A stretch of 61,444 nt of DNA from Candidatus Uhrbacteria bacterium (GTDB lineage: Bacteria > Patescibacteriota > Patescibacteriia > UBA9934). Location of the stretch: NCBI GenBank assembly GCA_943350635.1, contig CALRAI010000002.1:1-61444 (forward strand). The letters run 5' to 3'. The stretch's first letter is position 1; the number at the start of each line of letters is the position of its first letter. Made by a program: the position numbers and the translations under genes. Below the pieces are notes generated by a model. It worked only from the letters and a program-made list of their open reading frames with translations, had not been told where the DNA came from and made no database searches. Shown here piece by piece: positions 57,901-61,444 of the stretch.

Positions 57901-58144
57901 AGGCGGCGGAAGAGCGGCTTCTCAACGTAATTCCGGAGGTTCTCGTCCGGTTCGGACAAGTGCAGCAAAACCTCAGGCGCCATCGCGAGGATCTAATCAA
58001 AATAATTCTCGAACACAGCCAGCAGCTGGCGCCCCAGGATCGAGATATAATAATGCAGCTTCAGCTTCTCGAACGACAGGTGTAGATTGGTCGCAATCGC
58101 GAAGCTCAAGCGATCGTCGTGCCGATGGTGATTTTTATCGGTGA
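54935..58144 (+). CDS. Polytopic membrane protein (TrbL/VirB6-like) with long Gly/Asn-rich tail
   Basis: GWSLVRDVVNM, LVNFSKLICG, RIVVLWILIIMSPLAF, WWSKF; GGGN repeats; upstream of PrgI/TraC-like genes. Confidence 0.72.
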   Translation: MRKLWELLQRVGNWCVGHKAIMVFVIAVFVLSVPFHYTNAVTDSLFTKFLSNPIDVTMITLAGIIQVITGAVGKLILLIIEVIVIPVLGYNGFYNSHITNLGWSLVRDVVNMFVVVILLVIAIMTIIGYSKANWTQQLPKLFIAIVLVNFSKLICGFLIDVSQVIMFTFVNAIVSIAAGNFASMLSMNTFGQFGAEFIDTINEKGTGLEAFEFLMGAYLQFIVILAILGVMFLLAAAFIWRIVVLWILIIMSPLAFFLIGVKDIFHAAESSYTQWWSKFTSALTFGPTMVFFLWLALAASSGSNLAQTEDFPMPDSTADSGISLEMFSLDNFLGMFLALAILIAGMQQASASAQAMGGFASKMLSEDMGKGLVKGLARPMKSAKSLSRGAASQLAKPRDLPFGLDNLRQSAVEKGAKGLANAGVGLQKAGFGAIGGAVSGLGGYAGAKAAEGRAEMNKAGAEEMKYRTQTDDQKKQLHENLLNGASSDPARSKGVNMYEGMDQNEAMAMRRKFLTSPDERKKIEDASKKMHGTGPNKKEGQALTDAVNKDMDDLKNSQMEFADSDDGKRLLGLSDDEKKLVKGMKMENLHLIEPKEGKRDAFEAGPAGDEKYNKAKQKAMKAAIDDTEGYNHKIHGGRSLADANVRAVLAQQSSGRTTADGTVITALDDLKAQGNAAQKEALRTSIGADDVKKNSADMASVVNSGALIPGNANGTPATGKGGAVAEAVRERVRNAPVGGVTNVDGIAAGNLHNAGYNNDEVLGDRFGAAAAAGGAAFSEEHRARAGAMVTANAANAGYLPAQSAGTANEVTHLIANSTSKEGIKTLQTSMNAETDPAKRAQMQRGLDNITQSVKAERAHAIANGGANSDRAKKMKQLEDQASEAGGGRYAGRPAAPPTPPNSGNNNGGNGGGGNQGGGNGGGSRGGGNRGGGNQGGGGNNRGGGGNRGGGNRGGGNTGGGNGGGGGAAGGAAGGGNGGGGNQGGGGNTGGGGRAASQRNSGGSRPVRTSAAKPQAPSRGSNQNNSRTQPAAGAPGSRYNNAASASRTTGVDWSQSRSSSDRRADGDFYR

Positions 58145-58157
58145 TCAATACAAATCT

Positions 58158-58276
58158 TTCATGATACAATAGAGCCAGATTTTGTCTGGCTCTTGTGTTT
58201 TGTACGTGATTTTTTTCATTATGCCCATTGCCGACCTTATAAAAATTCCACCGGTGCAGGCGTTTTTGATGGATGG
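58158..58276 (+). repeat. Direct repeat, left copy (terminator + first 19 codons of the downstream gene)
   Basis: Matches 59035..59149; 57 nt identical from TATGCCCATTGCC to GATGGATGG. Confidence 0.92.
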
Positions 58277-58345
58277 TTCGTGCGGGAAACGCTGTACAAT
58301 CGACTAAGAATCGGCTATAATACGGCTATAAGAATAATTTTTCTT

Positions 58346-58639
58346 ATGACTGATACTTTACAAACTCTCGTAGAAAAAGCTCGACCAGTTTTTGAGAAAT
58401 ATCATTTTCGAAAAGTGGGAATTTTTGGTTCGCGCGCACGAGGCGACTATCGGAGCGATAGCGATATTGATTTTTTAGTTGCATCACAATCGTCAACAGA
58501 TATGTTCTCGAATGAAAAAGCACGGTCTGAACTTGAAGCGATATTTGGTGTATCTGTTGATGTAGTTCCAGACACAATGGTTGTTGCACGCATGCGCCCA
58601 CAAATCCTGAAGGACCTTAAGATCATTTATGAAGGATAA
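58346..58639 (+). CDS. Minimal nucleotidyltransferase (MNT/MntA) antitoxin
   Basis: GIFGSRARGDYRSDSDIDFLV, VSVDVV. Confidence 0.92.
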   Translation: MTDTLQTLVEKARPVFEKYHFRKVGIFGSRARGDYRSDSDIDFLVASQSSTDMFSNEKARSELEAIFGVSVDVVPDTMVVARMRPQILKDLKIIYEG

Positions 58640-59009
58640 TGCGGCGTACATCGACCTCATGATAGCTGCGTGTCAGAAGATTGTTGCGTATACTTCTGGT
58701 GTTGACGAGGAAAGATTTGTAAAGGAATCAATGGTACAGAGTGCGGTAATTATGCAGCTTCAGGTTATTGGAGAAATGGGGAAGAAACTCGATGAAGCAT
58801 CAAAGAAAGGGATTGATGTTCCATGGGAAATGATTATTGGATTGCGAAACATTATTTCTCATGACTATTTTTCTTTAGAGCTTTCTGGAATTTGGGGCAT
58901 TGTTTCTGTGCACATTCCTGATCTTGAGTCGAAACTTCATCGCTATTTACAGGATCGGGGACTGACGTATTTGCCGCCATTCGGGGACACAACTCCGTTG
59001 ATGGGATAG
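58629..59009 (+). CDS. HEPN/DUF86 (HepT-like) RNase toxin
   Basis: LQVIGE, VPWEMIIGLRNIISHDY (Rx4HxY); overlaps the MNT gene. Confidence 0.92.
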   Translation: MKDNAAYIDLMIAACQKIVAYTSGVDEERFVKESMVQSAVIMQLQVIGEMGKKLDEASKKGIDVPWEMIIGLRNIISHDYFSLELSGIWGIVSVHIPDLESKLHRYLQDRGLTYLPPFGDTTPLMG

Positions 59010-59034
59010 TGAATGTTCCATCTGAAATATATTC

Positions 59035-59149
59035 TTCATGATACAATAGAACCAGATTTTCTCTGGTTCTTTTGTTTGATGAGAAACTTTTCTATGCCCA
59101 TTGCCGACCTTATAAAAATTCCACCGGTGCAGGCGTTTTTGATGGATGG
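59035..59149 (+). repeat. Direct repeat, right copy
   Basis: Matches 58158..58276. Confidence 0.92.
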
Positions 59150-60620
59150 GAGTGTGATGACGGTGTTTGAGACAATTTTAGAAAAGTTTGCGTTGCCGAA
59201 GGAGAGAGCGGTGGAGCTTTTAGATCTTACAGATGCGGTGTTAGACGGTGGGTTAACGGTGGATGCATTTCCGGAAATTCTTGCCGAGGCATTTGGCGTG
59301 GAGATTGAACGCGCGCAGAAGATTTCTGCCGATGTGTGTGGTTTTCGGCTGTTGCCATTGGAACAATACGTTCCTGGTGTCGCAGAACAGATTGTGGCCT
59401 GGGGAGGAGATTTGCAAAAGTATCCAAAATCAAAGGTTGGGAAAATGAAGATGAATGCCGAAACGTTTGCAAGTCAGCTCGATGAAAAGCTTGATCTCAA
59501 TTTTTCAGAGGTGTTGCTGAAGCGTTGTGCGTTTTTGCTTTACGGATATTGGAACGGGGAAAAAACAAAGGAGTCGACGCTGACGTTCTTTTCTCGTGCG
59601 CAAACTATCGGCGGTCTTGGATTAAAACCCGATGCTGCACAAAAGCTTCTGGAAGCTATCGACGAGAGTCGTCCGCTTATTGATGTGATGGACGGAGGTG
59701 TGTTGGCGGAAGTAGGAAGTATGCAGTTGGGAGTGGGCGCAACAGTGAATAGTGGGGATGTTGCGGTGAAAGAAATTGAGGAGGAAATCGCACAGCAGGA
59801 AGCATTGAACACGTCGAAAGTGATCGAAATTTCGCCGTCGCATGAACTGACCTCGGAGCTACCAATCATTAACGCACCAAAATCGCCGATCCCGACAAGT
59901 CACATCGATGAATCGTGGAGAGAGGAACTAAAGGAGGCAGAAAAGAAGGCGAAGGAAGCGGGAGAGGTAGGGGCTTTTGCTAGCGAGGTTGCGGCGTTTG
60001 TTGAGCCGGTTGCATCTGGAGCTTCATCGGATACGGTGTTGGACAAGCGTTTTGCGGCAATCACCAAAGATGCTTCAACAGAACATCTTGAGCCAATTAT
60101 GCCCGGTGCTCGGGTAAGTTTGGCGCGGTCTGCTGCGGAAGAATCGGCGCAACAATCGGCAGCAGTACCAGAAGAAAAATTGAAGCAAGCGGCAATCGCG
60201 AGTCGTCCGGCACCAATCACGCCAATGCTCACAGTAGGATCCGTTGCTCCACAGCGGAATGAGAAGCCGATGACAGATATTCAGTCCGTGCATCGGCTTA
60301 CGGGACCAATAGACGAACTTGCGGGAATTACGCCAATAGAATTCCGTAGGCTTTCCAGTGTGCCAGCCGATGCTGCGCAGAAAATAGCAGACATGCTGGC
60401 CACATTAGAATTGCAATCGTACGAGGAGCGTGTGAAGGGTGTGATGGCATGGCGCAATAGTCCAATGAATCAATTGTACGTTGCTATGACGTCTGCTGCG
60501 CTTATGCAAGGAGTTGGACTTGCGGAAATTGCTACAAAACGGAGAGGTGCAGGGGAAGAAAGTTTGAGCCCTGCAGAGATTCGTGCCATTGCTGCGCTCA
60601 ATGAGCAGCTGCGATTTTAG
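59094..60620 (+). CDS. Hypothetical protein in the conjugation-like cluster
   Basis: Long ORF; C-terminal LTGPIDEL...FRRL...AWRNSP...LSPAEI. Confidence 0.8.
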   Translation: MPIADLIKIPPVQAFLMDGSVMTVFETILEKFALPKERAVELLDLTDAVLDGGLTVDAFPEILAEAFGVEIERAQKISADVCGFRLLPLEQYVPGVAEQIVAWGGDLQKYPKSKVGKMKMNAETFASQLDEKLDLNFSEVLLKRCAFLLYGYWNGEKTKESTLTFFSRAQTIGGLGLKPDAAQKLLEAIDESRPLIDVMDGGVLAEVGSMQLGVGATVNSGDVAVKEIEEEIAQQEALNTSKVIEISPSHELTSELPIINAPKSPIPTSHIDESWREELKEAEKKAKEAGEVGAFASEVAAFVEPVASGASSDTVLDKRFAAITKDASTEHLEPIMPGARVSLARSAAEESAQQSAAVPEEKLKQAAIASRPAPITPMLTVGSVAPQRNEKPMTDIQSVHRLTGPIDELAGITPIEFRRLSSVPADAAQKIADMLATLELQSYEERVKGVMAWRNSPMNQLYVAMTSAALMQGVGLAEIATKRRGAGEESLSPAEIRAIAALNEQLRF

Positions 60621-60636
60621 GTGATATACTTCTTTC

Positions 60637-61077
60637 ATGCCCAACCAATTTGTGGTGCCACAATTTCTGGACGTGGAGTCGAAAATTATCGGGCCAATTA
60701 CCGCGCGACAATTTTTGATTATGCTCGGTGTGTTGTTGGTGGAATTTGTGATCTATCGTGTGTTCTTGAATATTCTTTTAGTCTTGCTGTTCGGCGTTCC
60801 CGTCCTTGGTATAGGGCTCCTTTTTTCCTTTGCGAAAGTAAATGGTCGTCCATTTCACTTTATTGTGCTCAACTTTATTCAAACATTTCGTAAGCCGCAT
60901 TTGCGCATTTGGGACAAAACATTGAGCGATGCAGATATCCGTACGTCGATGCAAAAGGTTGAGGAAGAAGTTGTTGCGCCAAAAGTACGAAAAGCACCAC
61001 TTGAGCGATCCCGTTTAAACGAACTTACCCTCGTTGTGAACACGGGTGGTGTGTATGAGTCTGATGAAAATCTGTAA
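60637..61077 (+). CDS. PrgI family protein
   Basis: QFVVPQFLDVESKIIGPITARQF, two TMs, NGRPF. Confidence 0.88.
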   Translation: MPNQFVVPQFLDVESKIIGPITARQFLIMLGVLLVEFVIYRVFLNILLVLLFGVPVLGIGLLFSFAKVNGRPFHFIVLNFIQTFRKPHLRIWDKTLSDADIRTSMQKVEEEVVAPKVRKAPLERSRLNELTLVVNTGGVYESDENL

Positions 61078-61079
61078 GT

Positions 61080-61444
61080 ATGCCAACGCCAAAACCAAAA
61101 TCTGGACAACCTACACAACGCTATTTAGATATTGCGGAAATTCGTGAGGACGCTGTGGTCATGAAGGACGGAACACTTCGTGCGGTACTCATGGTATCGA
61201 GCGTGAACTTTGCGTTGAAGAGTGAAGACGAGCAGCAGGCAATTATTCAAGGGTACATGCAGTTTTTGAACGGGCTCGATCATCCACTCCAGGTGGTGAT
61301 TCAGTCGCGGAAGATGAATATTGATGGATATATTGGCGCACTGAAGAACCAGGAAGAAACCATTCACAATGAATTGTTAAAAACGCAGATTCGTGACTAC
61401 ACATCGTTTATCAAAGAATTAGTCGATCTTGGGCAAATCATGCA
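61080..61444 (+). CDS. TraC/VirB4-associated protein (runs off the window end)
   Basis: Translated by hand: MPTPKPKSGQPTQRYLDIAEIREDAVVMKDGTLRAVLMVSSVNFALKSEDEQQAII. Confidence 0.8.
   Translation, partial: MPTPKPKSGQPTQRYLDIAEIREDAVVMKDGTLRAVLMVSSVNFALKSEDEQQAIIQGYMQFLNGLDHPLQVVIQSRKMNIDGYIGALKNQEETIHNELLKTQIRDYTSFIKELVDLGQIM

Noticed and set aside
57640..57910. GGN-rich low-complexity tract
   Set aside because: It encodes the in-frame Gly/Asn tail of the VirB6-like protein and is not a separate element.

Overview
A 61-kb chromosomal segment from a small-genome bacterium using genetic code 11. The gene content points to Patescibacteria/CPR, probably Parcubacteria (inference): short YidC, dimeric GlyRS, short RelA/SpoT, a PrgI/TraC/VirB6-like cluster, a giant Cys-rich secreted protein and few Shine-Dalgarno motifs. 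Housekeeping genes are valS-tyrS-argS, nusA-yidC, groES-groEL (with a CIRCE operator), prfB, rsmA, glyQS, parA-parB, relA/spoT, topA and dprA. There are four tRNAs: Leu-GAG, Val-TAC, Ala-GGC and an initiator fMet interrupted by a 265-nt group I intron. Accessory content includes a free-standing LAGLIDADG ORF running into tRNA-Leu, three toxin-antitoxin pairs, a Fic gene, GC-rich LysM-like/lipoprotein/M23 genes, and 2977-aa and 1559-aa giant proteins. The most unexplained signals are non-coding. (1) A ~360-390-nt structured element in two diverged copies (upstream of groES and of topA) with compensatory and G-U changes pointing to one strand. (2) Three 122-125-nt tRNA-adjacent palindromes with a shared core and different arms. 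(3) An MNT-HEPN module bracketed by a ~115-bp direct duplication of terminator plus gene start. (4) A 28-nt palindromic repeat present once intergenically and once in frame inside a protein. All calls come from reading the sequence and recalling family motifs; no database searches were run.
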